Assembly: GCA_018711265.1 (NCBI GenBank)
Contig: DVIM01000067.1
Span: forward strand, 26,771-90,770
Reading direction: 5' to 3'
DNA from: Candidatus Spyradocola merdavium
GTDB taxonomy: Bacteria; Bacillota; Clostridia; Christensenellales; UBA1750
Length of the DNA stretch: 64,000 bases
Every line of letters begins with the position of its first letter. The stretch's first letter is position 1. The position numbers and the translations under genes were made by a program. This document shows positions 33,605 to 42,959 of this stretch, one piece after another. Below the pieces are notes generated by a model. That model saw nothing but the letters and a program-made list of their open reading frames with translations, searched no databases and was not told the origin of the DNA.

Positions 33605-34500
33605 TGCGCGCCCACCTCCTCGACGACCCGCAGCTCCTCCCGCGCGATGGCGAGAAAGCGGCGCACCACGGGCGAGGAGCTGCTCTTCAAATAGGCGCCG
33701 AACGGGATGAGCGGGAAGCCCCGCAGCGGAATGCAGCGCAGGCCCGGCTCCTCCAAGGTGGGGAGGTAGGGGAAGACGGAAAACCCCAGCCCCGCCTTGA
33801 TCATCGCGATGCAGCCGTCGTAGCCCTCGGAGACGTAGACCTCGGCCGCCGGCCGTCCTGCGGCGGCCCGGAAGTGCAGGTGCAGCAGGGCGTCCGGCTC
33901 GCGGTAGGGGCCGCAGAGAATCATGCTACCGGTCAGGTCCTCCTCCTCCACCCACTCGCGCCCGGCGAGCGGGTGGTTTTCGTCGCAGAGGCAGACCACC
34001 GGGCACCGGCAGAGCTCCTCGTAGAGGCCGGAGAAGGAGGCGGGGTGCTGCTCGTTGTAAAAGCCGAGCAGCGCGTGCAGCGTCTCGTTTTCCAGCAGGC
34101 CCTGCAGCGCGTGCGCGGGCGCGATGCGCAGGTTCGGCCGCAGCGTCGGAAACTCCTCGTGCAGCCGGCGGAGCATGGGGGGAACCAGGTCCAGCTCGTG
34201 GTGGTTGTGGCAGCCCAGGCCGAGGAAGACCGCGTTCTGCGCCTGCGGCTCGTTGAGCCGCGTGCGCGCGGATTTTGCGATGCGCAGGATCGCGGACGCG
34301 TCGCCGATGAACTGCATCCCCGCGCGCGTGAGGGCCACGCTTTTGCTCGTGCGCGTGAAGAGCTGCACGCCGAGCTCCTCCTCCAGGGAGCGGATCTGGT
34401 GGCTGACGGCCGGCTGCGTCAGCGCCACGCTCTCGGCGGCCTTGGAGAAGTTCAGGTTCTGCGCCACGGCCAGGAAGCACTCCAGCTGCGTCGTATTCAT
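33601..34500 (-). CDS. LysR-family transcriptional regulator
   Basis: N-terminal HTH MNTTQLECFLAVAQNLNFSKAAESVALTQPAVSHQIRSLE; ATGA overlap with the DUF1848 gene. Confidence 0.92.
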   Translation of the reverse strand: MNTTQLECFLAVAQNLNFSKAAESVALTQPAVSHQIRSLEEELGVQLFTRTSKSVALTRAGMQFIGDASAILRIAKSARTRLNEPQAQNAVFLGLGCHNHHELDLVPPMLRRLHEEFPTLRPNLRIAPAHALQGLLENETLHALLGFYNEQHPASFSGLYEELCRCPVVCLCDENHPLAGREWVEEEDLTGSMILCGPYREPDALLHLHFRAAAGRPAAEVYVSEGYDGCIAMIKAGLGFSVFPYLPTLEEPGLRCIPLRGFPLIPFGAYLKSSSSPVVRRFLAIAREELRVVEEVGAQ

Positions 34501-34667
34501 GCAATCGCTCCTTTTGTTAGAAAAGAATTGAAAAGTAAATTGATTGTCAACGATAAAAATCCTTTATCAACTATAACAGAAATCAATTTCACTTTCAAGC
34601 CAAATTGTTGTAGGATAATGGAGGTCAACGGTTCGGAAGCGAACAGTAAGGAAGCGAGGTGAGAAGC

Positions 34668-35171
34668 ATGGAAATGACAGCCGGCGACATTCTGCGGAAC
34701 ACAAAGAAGATCAACATCGCCCTTGACACCTATCTGAACGAGCGCCTGGCGTCCACGGATCTCACGGCGGCGCAGGGAAATGTGCTGTTCTTCATTCTGG
34801 AGCATTCCGGCGTGCATTCCACGCGCATCCACAAGCAGCTGGGGATTTCCCGGGGCACGGTTTCGGGCCTCATCAAGAAGCTGCGGGAAAAGGGCTACGT
34901 CAGCTTCTCCAGCTGTGACACGGACGACAGGCAGAAGCCCATCCTGGTCACGGAGAAGGCCGACGCCCTGCGGGAGGCGCTGAGCGGTTGGCAGCGGGAG
35001 CTGGAGGAGATGGTCTTCCGCGACTTTACTCCGGAGGAGCGGGCGGCCCTGGGGCGCCTGCAGGAGAAGATGCTGCGCAACATCTCTCCGGCGATTGCGC
35101 GCGTAAAAAAAGAAAGAGAAAAGGAGGGACCCACCCATGAAGTCCATTTTGGCGCAGGTCAAGCAGTATAA
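34668..35171 (+). CDS. MarR-family transcriptional regulator
   Basis: Winged-HTH region LTAAQGNVLFFILE...ISRGTVSGLIKKLREKGYV; ATG 34668 is preceded by GAGGTGA. Confidence 0.88.
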   Translation: MEMTAGDILRNTKKINIALDTYLNERLASTDLTAAQGNVLFFILEHSGVHSTRIHKQLGISRGTVSGLIKKLREKGYVSFSSCDTDDRQKPILVTEKADALREALSGWQRELEEMVFRDFTPEERAALGRLQEKMLRNISPAIARVKKEREKEGPTHEVHFGAGQAV

Positions 35172-36888
35172 AAGGGACTCCATCCTCACCCCCATCTTCA
35201 CCGCTTTGGAGGTGCTCATGGAGGTGCTGCTGCCCTATGCCACCGCATTGATCATCGACCAGGGCATCCAGCAGAGCGACTTTAACAAGGTCCTGCTCTA
35301 CGGCGGGCTGATGCTGGTGATGGCGAGCCTCAGCCTGACGTTCGGCGCGCTGGCCGGCAAATACGGCGCGAGCGCCTCGTCCGGCCTTGCATGCAACCTT
35401 CGCCAGGCGATTTACGACAACATCCAGCGGTTTTCCTTCTCGAACATCGACAAGTTCAGCACGGCGGGCCTCATCACCCGCATGACCACGGACGTCACCA
35501 ACGTGCAGAACGCGTACCAGATGTGCCTGCGCATCGCGGTGCGCGCGCCGCTGATGCTGGTCAGCTCGATGGTGATGAGCTTCATCATCAGCCCGCGCCT
35601 GAGCTCCATGTTCCTGATTGCGATCTTTTTCCTGGCGGTCGTGCTGGGCCTGATCATGATCTTTGCCACCAAGGTGTTCAACGTCATGTTCAAGAAGTAC
35701 GACGCGCTCAACGCCTCCATCCAGGAGAACGTCTCGGCCATCCGCGTCGTCAAGGCCTACGTCCGCGAGGAACACGAGGACGAGAAGTTCAAGAAGGCCT
35801 CCGGCGACATTTACAACCTCTCGGTCAAGGCGGAGAGCCTGCTGGCCTTCAACGGCCCGGTCATGATGCTGGTCATCTATTCCTGCATCATCCTCATCGC
35901 CTGGGTGGGCGCGCAGCTCATCGTGGGCGGCGAGATGTCCACGGGCAACCTGACTTCGCTGTTCAGCTACGTCATGTCCATCATGATGTCGCTGATGATG
36001 CTGTCCATGATCATCGTCATGATCACCATGAGCCTGGCCAGCATCCGCCGCATCTCCGAGGTGCTGGACGAGAAGAGCGACCTGCACAACCCCGAAAACC
36101 CCATCGAGGTCGTCGCCGACGGCAGCATCGACTTTGACAACGTGGACTTTGCCTACAAGCACGGCAGCGGCAACAATACGCTCAGCGACATCAACCTGCA
36201 CATCCGCTCGGGCGAGACCGTCGGCATCATCGGCGGCACGGGCAGCGGCAAGACGAGCCTGGTCAACCTCATCAGCCGCCTGTACGACGTCAGCTCCGGG
36301 TCCGTGCGCGTGGGCGGACACGACGTGCGCGAGTACGATATGGAAGCCCTGCGCAACCAGGTCTCCGTCGTGCTGCAGAAGAACGTCCTGTTCTCCGGCA
36401 CGATCCTGGACAACCTGCGCTGGGGCGACGAAAACGCCACCGAGGAGGAGTGCATCGCGGCCTGCCGCGCGGCCTGCGCGGACGAGTTCATCGAGCGCTT
36501 CCCGGATAAGTACAACACCTGGATCGAGCAGGGCGGCACCAACGTCTCCGGCGGCCAGAAGCAGCGCCTATGCATCGCCCGCGCGCTGCTGAAAAAGCCC
36601 AAGATCCTGATCCTGGACGACTCCACCAGCGCCGTGGACACCGCGACCGACGCCAAGATCCGCAAGGCGTTCGCCGAGAGCATTCCCGGCACGACCAAGA
36701 TCATCATCGCCCAGCGCATCTCCAGCGTGCAGGACGCGGATCGAATCCTGGTGCTGGACAATGGCCGCATCAATGCCTTCGATACGCACGAGAATCTGCT
36801 CGCCAACAATGAAATCTACCGCGAGATCTATGAGTCGCAGATCAAGGGCGGCGGCGACTTTGACAACCCCGGAAGGGAGGGTGCGTAA
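35137..36888 (+). CDS. ABC exporter, fused permease/ATPase subunit 1
   Basis: 6-TM domain, Walker A GGTGSGKTS, signature VSGGQKQR, and Walker B ILILDD. Confidence 0.93.
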   Translation: MKSILAQVKQYKRDSILTPIFTALEVLMEVLLPYATALIIDQGIQQSDFNKVLLYGGLMLVMASLSLTFGALAGKYGASASSGLACNLRQAIYDNIQRFSFSNIDKFSTAGLITRMTTDVTNVQNAYQMCLRIAVRAPLMLVSSMVMSFIISPRLSSMFLIAIFFLAVVLGLIMIFATKVFNVMFKKYDALNASIQENVSAIRVVKAYVREEHEDEKFKKASGDIYNLSVKAESLLAFNGPVMMLVIYSCIILIAWVGAQLIVGGEMSTGNLTSLFSYVMSIMMSLMMLSMIIVMITMSLASIRRISEVLDEKSDLHNPENPIEVVADGSIDFDNVDFAYKHGSGNNTLSDINLHIRSGETVGIIGGTGSGKTSLVNLISRLYDVSSGSVRVGGHDVREYDMEALRNQVSVVLQKNVLFSGTILDNLRWGDENATEEECIAACRAACADEFIERFPDKYNTWIEQGGTNVSGGQKQRLCIARALLKKPKILILDDSTSAVDTATDAKIRKAFAESIPGTTKIIIAQRISSVQDADRILVLDNGRINAFDTHENLLANNEIYREIYESQIKGGGDFDNPGREGA

Positions 36889-36890
36889 CC

Positions 36891-38798
36891 ATGCAGAGAG
36901 CACGCAGCAAGGACGGCAAGCGCGTCTCCCCCAAGGAGGCCATCGCCACGATCAAGCGCCTGCTGGGCTACATGTTCCGGTACTATAAGTTTCACCTGCT
37001 CATTGTGGCGGCCTGTATTCTGATTTCCGCATTTACGACGGTGCAGGGCACGCTGTTCTCCCAGTCCCTTGTGGACGACTACATCCTGCCCATGGTTTCC
37101 AGCCAGAGCCCGGACTTTGGCCCCCTGGCCGGGGCGCTGGTGCGGCTGGGCGTCCTGTTCGGCATCGGCATCGTGTGCAACTACGCCTACAACCGCATCA
37201 TGGTCAACGTCACCCAGGGCACGATGAAGCAGCTCCGCGACGCGCTCTTCAAGCACATGGAGACCCTGCCCATCAAGTACTTTGACACCCATGCGCACGG
37301 CGACATCATGTCCGTCTACACCAACGACATCGACACCCTGCGCCAGCTCATCAGCCAGAGCATTCCGCAGATGTTCAACTCCGCGGTCAACCTGATCTTC
37401 ACCTTTGTCTCCATGATCATCCTGGACATTCCGCTGACGATCGTCACGGTCCTCATGGCCGGCGTCATGCTCTTTGTCTCGGGCAAGATCTCCGCCAATT
37501 CGGGCAAGTACTATGTCCGCCAGCAGGTCGACCTCGGCGTGGTCAACGGCTTCATCGAGGAGATGCTCGAGGGCCAGAAGGTCGTCAAGGTCTTCTGTCA
37601 CGAGGAGCAGGCGAAGGAGGACTTCCGCAAGCGCAACGACGAGCTGCGCGACAGCGCGGACAAGGCCAACCGCTATGCCAACCTCATGATGCCCGTCAAC
37701 GCCAACATCGGCAACCTGAGCTATGTGCTCTGCGCCGTCGTGGGCGCGCTGCTGGTGCTCGCTGGCTTCCCGGGGATGACGATCGGCACCATCGTGGCCT
37801 TCGTCTCCCTGAACAAGGGCTTTAACCAGCCCATCATCCAGATCAGCCAGCAGACGAACTTCGTCGTCATGGGCTCCGCGGGCGCAAAGCGCGTCTTTGC
37901 CATGATGGATGAGGAGCCGGAGAAGGACAACGGCTATGTCGAGTTCGTCAACGCCAAGGAGCTGCCCGACGGCAGCCTGACCGAGTGCGAGGAGCGCACG
38001 GGCGTCTGGGCCTGGAAGCATCCCCACAAGGCGGACGGCACCGTGACCTATACGCGCCTGGAGGGCGGCGTGGTCTTTGACGGCGTGGACTTTGGCTACG
38101 ACGACAGCAAGATCGTCCTGCACGACATCAAGCTCTACGCGACCCCGGGCCAGAAGATCGCCTTTGTCGGCTCCACCGGCGCGGGCAAGACGACCATCAC
38201 CAACCTCATCAACCGCTTCTACGACATCCAGGACGGCAAGATCCGCTACGACGGCATCAACATCACCAAGATCAAAAAGCCGGCCCTGCGCGCGTCCATG
38301 GGCATCGTCCTGCAGGATACGCACCTGTTCACCGGCACCGTCATGGACAACATCCGCTACGGCAAGCTGACCGCCACGGACGAGGAGTGCATCGCCGCGG
38401 CAAAGCTGGCCAATGCGGACGGCTTCATCCGCCGCCTGCCCAACGGCTATGACACGGTCCTCACCGGCGACGGCAGCAACCTCTCCCAGGGCCAGCGGCA
38501 GCTGCTGGCCATCGCCCGCGCGGCCGTGGGCGACCCGCCCGTCCTCATCCTGGACGAGGCGACCTCCTCCATCGACACCCGCACCGAGGCCCTGGTGCAG
38601 GCCGGCATGGACGCCCTGATGAAGGGCCGCACGACCTTCGTCATCGCGCACCGCCTCTCCACCGTGCGCAACGCGGACTGCATCATGGTTCTGGAGCAGG
38701 GCCGCATCATCGAGCGCGGCACGCACGACGAGCTGATCGAAAAGAAGGGCAAGTACTACCAGCTCTACACCGGCAACTTCGCCGAGGAGACAGCCTGA
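36891..38798 (+). CDS. ABC exporter, fused permease/ATPase subunit 2
   Basis: 6-TM domain, Walker A GSTGAGKTT, signature LSQGQRQL, and Walker B VLILDE; heterodimer partner of the preceding gene. Confidence 0.93.
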   Translation: MQRARSKDGKRVSPKEAIATIKRLLGYMFRYYKFHLLIVAACILISAFTTVQGTLFSQSLVDDYILPMVSSQSPDFGPLAGALVRLGVLFGIGIVCNYAYNRIMVNVTQGTMKQLRDALFKHMETLPIKYFDTHAHGDIMSVYTNDIDTLRQLISQSIPQMFNSAVNLIFTFVSMIILDIPLTIVTVLMAGVMLFVSGKISANSGKYYVRQQVDLGVVNGFIEEMLEGQKVVKVFCHEEQAKEDFRKRNDELRDSADKANRYANLMMPVNANIGNLSYVLCAVVGALLVLAGFPGMTIGTIVAFVSLNKGFNQPIIQISQQTNFVVMGSAGAKRVFAMMDEEPEKDNGYVEFVNAKELPDGSLTECEERTGVWAWKHPHKADGTVTYTRLEGGVVFDGVDFGYDDSKIVLHDIKLYATPGQKIAFVGSTGAGKTTITNLINRFYDIQDGKIRYDGINITKIKKPALRASMGIVLQDTHLFTGTVMDNIRYGKLTATDEECIAAAKLANADGFIRRLPNGYDTVLTGDGSNLSQGQRQLLAIARAAVGDPPVLILDEATSSIDTRTEALVQAGMDALMKGRTTFVIAHRLSTVRNADCIMVLEQGRIIERGTHDELIEKKGKYYQLYTGNFAEETA

Positions 38799-38819
38799 CG
38801 TCCTTGCGCACAAAGAACG

Positions 38820-38863
38820 AGGCGCATCGGGGAGCGGTTTTCCGCTCCCTGATGCGCCTTTCG
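38820..38863. terminator. Long hairpin terminator between convergent genes
   Basis: AGGCGCATCGGGGAGCGG / CCGCTCCCTGATGCGCCT stem with a TTTT loop, followed by TTCGTC. Confidence 0.7.
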
Positions 38864-38864
38864 T

Positions 38865-39425
38865 CTAGCGGGCGAGGGAGAACTCCTCCTGCAGGGCGCG
38901 GAAGCGCGCGACCTCTCCGTCCAGGAGAAAGAGCGTGGGGTTGTACAGCCCGTGCTGCAGCACGTCCGCGTCCAGGAGCACCTCGGCAAAGGCCGTGTGC
39001 GCGTGCGCCTTGTCGCTGTGGCAGGCGATGGCGGCGCAGACCTGGTCGACCTCCTCCGCGGAGAAGAGGGCGAGCCGGCGCAGCAGCGTGCGCGCCAGGG
39101 CGGCGCTGCGCGCGGCGTGGTCCGGCGTGTAGGCGTCCGCGTAGGTGGACAGGTCGTGCAGCATGCCCGCAATCGCGGCAAGCTCCGCGTCCTCGCCGCG
39201 GCGCAGCGCGATCAGGGCGCAGGCCTGCGCGACGCCGTAGAGGTGGACCGCGCCGTCCCGCACCTGCAGGGGATCGGGGCAGTTCAGCAGGATGGCGTCC
39301 ACGGCCTCGCGCACGGCCTCCAGGCGGTTTTCGGCAAGCTGGGTTGTGGGCAGAACGGGGGAGGCGCAGAAGGCAGAGTCTTGGGGTTCTTTTGCATGCA
39401 ATAGCGCGGTTTGCGAGCGATTCAT
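38865..39425 (-). CDS. HD-domain phosphohydrolase
   Basis: H...HD signature (AGMLHDLS) and a helical fold pattern. Confidence 0.75.
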   Translation of the reverse strand: MNRSQTALLHAKEPQDSAFCASPVLPTTQLAENRLEAVREAVDAILLNCPDPLQVRDGAVHLYGVAQACALIALRRGEDAELAAIAGMLHDLSTYADAYTPDHAARSAALARTLLRRLALFSAEEVDQVCAAIACHSDKAHAHTAFAEVLLDADVLQHGLYNPTLFLLDGEVARFRALQEEFSLAR

Positions 39426-39658
39426 GTGCAGTTCCTCCTCAAGGAAGGGATGGCGGGCAAAACTCCGTCGAAACGTGGATTTTGCCCGGATGGATTGGCG
39501 GAAAAGGGCAGGCCGCCCTGCAAAATGGGCAAAGCGCGGGAACGGGCCCGACTGTCTTTCCGTTTGGATAAAGGGGATTCTTTTCTCAGTATACGAAAGA
39601 GTCTGCCCTTCGTCAAGTGCGCAGGCGGGGACGGCGAAGATTTTTTGCGCCTGCCCCT

Positions 39659-39687
39659 TTGTCAGGCGCGCCGCTTTGCTTTATACT
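39659..39687 (+). promoter_or_regulatory. Promoter for the FHA-SEDS-PBP operon
   Basis: TTGTCA, 17-nt spacer, TATACT. Confidence 0.55.
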
Positions 39688-39719
39688 TGTAGGAAACGGG
39701 AACGGAGGACGTGAGGGAA

Positions 39720-40190
39720 ATGAATGCTTCGGCATATGAACTGCTCGCCAGCATTGCGCGGTACTGGTTTCTGGGCCTTGCGGTGCTGATCGCGGTGCGC
39801 CTGATCCTCGCCGTCGTGCGGGAGATGCGCATCGAGTGGCGCGTGCAGCGCGAGATCTCCGAGGCGGGCACGAGCATCAACGCGACCCTGGTCCTGCTCT
39901 CGGACGAGGACAGGCGCATGCGCCGCGGCAAGCTCTACGCGGTGGAGGGGGAGACGACGGTGGGCCGCTCGCACAACTGCGACGTGCGCATCGGCAGCCC
40001 GTCCCTCAAGGGCACGCACTGCATCCTCAACATGGAGGCGGACGGCATGAACGTCGTGCCCGTGGGCGACGCCTTTGTGGTGGTGGACGGCGAGGTCGTG
40101 GGCCGGCGCGCGCTCGCGCAGGACGGCTCCACAATTCAAATGGGCGGGCTGGTGTTCCGTCTGCGTCTGGAGGAAGGAAATGCGCTCTAA
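39720..40190 (+). CDS. Membrane-anchored FHA-domain protein
   Basis: One N-terminal TM segment, then the FHA core TTVGRSHNCDVRI...SLKGTHCIL; the start could be GTG 39711. Confidence 0.85.
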   Translation: MNASAYELLASIARYWFLGLAVLIAVRLILAVVREMRIEWRVQREISEAGTSINATLVLLSDEDRRMRRGKLYAVEGETTVGRSHNCDVRIGSPSLKGTHCILNMEADGMNVVPVGDAFVVVDGEVVGRRALAQDGSTIQMGGLVFRLRLEEGNAL

Positions 40191-41448
40191 GGAATTGAAG
40201 CGGCCGGAGACCGACTGGGTCCTGCTGGCCATGACGCTGTTTGAGGCGACGGCCTTTATCCTGCTCGCCTTTCGGGATGGGTTCGACTTTGTGCCGCTGA
40301 TCCTGGCGGTGTCCGTGCCCCTGCTGCTGGTGGCGCAGGTGCTGCTGCTGGGCAGGGCGTACCCGCACATGGACAGCTACATCCTCATCATCGTCAACTT
40401 TCTCTGCGGGGTGGGGCTCATCATGCTCTACCGGCTGGACGCGGGCCGCGCCCTGCGGCAGCTCCTGTTCTACGGCGTGGGCGTGATGGCGATGATGGGG
40501 ATGACCTTCCTCGTGGCGCGCTACCGCGGCTGGCGGAAGCTGCGCCTGCTCATCATGCTGGCCTCGGTGGCCATGCTCGGCCTGACGCTCCTCATCGGCG
40601 AGGAGAACGGCGGCGCCAAGAACTGGATCGACCTGGGGTTCCTCTCGATCCAGCCCTCGGAGTTTGTCAAGGTCGCGCTCGTGCTCTGCCTGGCCATGGA
40701 CCTGAGCGAGCGGCGGACCGTGCGCCAGCTCGTGCCCGTGGGCCTGTTTGCAGTCGCGTGCGTGGGACTGATCGTGCTGCAGAAGGACCTCGGCGCGGTG
40801 CTGATCTGCTTTTTGACCTGCCTTACGGTCTATTACGTGGCGACGAGCAACTGGATGCTGGCGCTGGCGGGCCTCGTGTGCGCGGCGGCGGGCTCCACCG
40901 TGCTCTACCACCTCTTTGACCACGTGCGCACGCGCGTGGCCATCTGGCAGAATCCCTGGGATTCGCCCCAAGGCAGCGGCTATCAGATCATTCAATCGCT
41001 GATCTCCATCGCCTCCGGGGGCCTTACGGGCATGGGCCTTGGCCTGGGCAGCCCGGACATCGTGCCGGTGGCCGAGAGCGACTTCATCTTCTCCGCCATC
41101 TGCGAGGAGTTCGGCATCCTCGTCGGGCTCATCCTGATCCTGCTGTACGTCATCCTGTTTGCGCGCGGGCTGCTGCTGGCCATGCGGGCCCGCAGCTCCT
41201 TCCACGCGCTGCTGGCGGTGGGGGCGGTGACGTCCCTGGCCCTGCAGACGTTCATGATCGTCGGCGGCGTCATCAAGATGATCCCGCTCACGGGCGTGAC
41301 GCTGCCCTTTGTCAGCTACGGCGGCTCCTCGATGCTCTCGAGCATGCTGATGCTGGGGATTTTGCAGGGCGTCTCCATCTCGGTCGGAGAGCAGGATGAG
41401 AGCCAGTGGCGCATGGCGCGCCGGCGGGAGGAGGTGCCGGAACTTTGA
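40180..41448 (+). CDS. SEDS-family peptidoglycan glycosyltransferase (FtsW/RodA/SpoVE)
   Basis: About 10 TM segments; IQPSEFVK, SDFIFSAICEEFG and LPFVSYGGSS motifs; overlaps the FHA gene by 11 nt. Confidence 0.92.
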   Translation: MRSKELKRPETDWVLLAMTLFEATAFILLAFRDGFDFVPLILAVSVPLLLVAQVLLLGRAYPHMDSYILIIVNFLCGVGLIMLYRLDAGRALRQLLFYGVGVMAMMGMTFLVARYRGWRKLRLLIMLASVAMLGLTLLIGEENGGAKNWIDLGFLSIQPSEFVKVALVLCLAMDLSERRTVRQLVPVGLFAVACVGLIVLQKDLGAVLICFLTCLTVYYVATSNWMLALAGLVCAAAGSTVLYHLFDHVRTRVAIWQNPWDSPQGSGYQIIQSLISIASGGLTGMGLGLGSPDIVPVAESDFIFSAICEEFGILVGLILILLYVILFARGLLLAMRARSSFHALLAVGAVTSLALQTFMIVGGVIKMIPLTGVTLPFVSYGGSSMLSSMLMLGILQGVSISVGEQDESQWRMARRREEVPEL

Positions 41449-41453
41449 AACAG

Positions 41454-42872
41454 ATGAAGAAAAACGCCCGCGCCGTGCTCTGCGCGATGCTGGCGCTGTT
41501 CACGGTCCTGAGCGGCTACTTCTTCTACGCGGTGTACGCCAACGGCAACCGCTGGTTCACCACCCCCTACAACACGCGCCTGCGCGCCGCGCGCGGCAGC
41601 GTCATCGCCGGCGACATCCTCGACCGCAACGGCACTGTGCTCGTCACCAGCAGCGCGGACGGCTCGCGCGAGTACCCGACGGACCGGGATACGCGAAAGG
41701 CGCTCTCCCACGTGCTGGGCGACGTCGAGGGGAACGTGCCGACGGGCGCGGAGACCTTCCTTGCGGCGGACCTGCTGGGGTTCAACGCGAGCCTTGCCGA
41801 CCGCGCGACGCAGATCTTCGCGGAAAAGCGCCGCGGCTCGGACGTGCAGCTGACCATCGACGCGGACCTGCAGACCTACATCGCCGAGCAGTTTCCCGAG
41901 GACTACAACGGCGCGGTGGCCCTGCTCAACTACAAGACCGGCGAGGTCCTTGCGCTCTACTCCAAGCCCGAGTACGACGCCAAGCACCCGGAGGACTACG
42001 AGGACGCCGAGGACCAGACCGGCGTCCTGCTCAACCGCGCCACGCAGGGGCGCTATGCGCCCGGCTCCGTCTTTAAGATCGTGACCCTGGCCTGCGCGCT
42101 GGAGAACCTGCCCAGGGTGCAGGACCGCGTCTTCACCTGCGAGGGAACCTATGCCGTGACGGAGGAGATGGACCTGATCGACACCGACGGCGAGGGGCAC
42201 GGCACCCTCACCCTGGAGGAGGCCTTTACCAAGTCCTGCAACATCGTCTTCGGCCAGCTCGCACTGGAGCTCGGGGAGGAGAAGCTCCGCGCCACGGCCG
42301 AGCGCATGGGCTTTAACGGCAACTTCCTCTTCGAGGACCTGATCGTCTACGAGTCGATCTTTCCCAAGGCGATCGAGGACGAGGGCGAGCTGGCCTGGAC
42401 GGGCGTGGGCCAGGGCAACCTCATGGCCGTGCCCATGCACCTGGCGATGATCGCCGGGGCCGTGGGCAACGGCGGCACGATGGTCGAGCCGCAGCTCGTC
42501 CTCTCCGTGCGCGGCGCGGCCGGCGGCGTGCACAGCCGCCTGAGCACGCGCACCGCCCTGCAGTGCATGAGCGCCTCCACCGCCGGGATCATCGAATCGT
42601 ACATGATCGAGACGGTGGAGAGCGGCACCGCCACCCGCGCCGCCGTGGACGGCCACACCATCGCGGGCAAGACCGGCACCGCGCAGGTCAATTCCTCCGG
42701 CGGCCGGTACAGCCCCCACTCCTGGTACGTGGGCTACTGCGCGGAGGAGGAGACGCCCTACGCCATCGCCGTGGTCGTGGAAAACGGCGGCTCCGGCGGC
42801 TCTGCGGCGGCGCGGCTGGCCGGCCGGGTCATGGAGCGCGCGATCGAGACCGTGCAGCCCGCGGGCCGCTGA
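41454..42872 (+). CDS. Class B penicillin-binding protein (transpeptidase)
   Basis: N-terminal TM anchor; SxxK (GSVFK), SxN (KSCN) and KTGT motifs; an alternative TTG start at 41445 overlaps the SEDS stop. Confidence 0.9.
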   Translation: MKKNARAVLCAMLALFTVLSGYFFYAVYANGNRWFTTPYNTRLRAARGSVIAGDILDRNGTVLVTSSADGSREYPTDRDTRKALSHVLGDVEGNVPTGAETFLAADLLGFNASLADRATQIFAEKRRGSDVQLTIDADLQTYIAEQFPEDYNGAVALLNYKTGEVLALYSKPEYDAKHPEDYEDAEDQTGVLLNRATQGRYAPGSVFKIVTLACALENLPRVQDRVFTCEGTYAVTEEMDLIDTDGEGHGTLTLEEAFTKSCNIVFGQLALELGEEKLRATAERMGFNGNFLFEDLIVYESIFPKAIEDEGELAWTGVGQGNLMAVPMHLAMIAGAVGNGGTMVEPQLVLSVRGAAGGVHSRLSTRTALQCMSASTAGIIESYMIETVESGTATRAAVDGHTIAGKTGTAQVNSSGGRYSPHSWYVGYCAEEETPYAIAVVVENGGSGGSAAARLAGRVMERAIETVQPAGR

Positions 42873-42892
42873 AGGCGCGGCGCAATTTGCCT

Positions 42893-42921
42893 TTGAAAGC
42901 GCGGGCGGAATGGAGTACAAT
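42893..42921 (+). promoter_or_regulatory. Promoter for the MoxR operon
   Basis: TTGAAA, 17-nt spacer, TACAAT. Confidence 0.5.
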
Positions 42922-42959
42922 AGAGGGAACCAAAGCCAATGCGACAGGAGGAACGGGCC

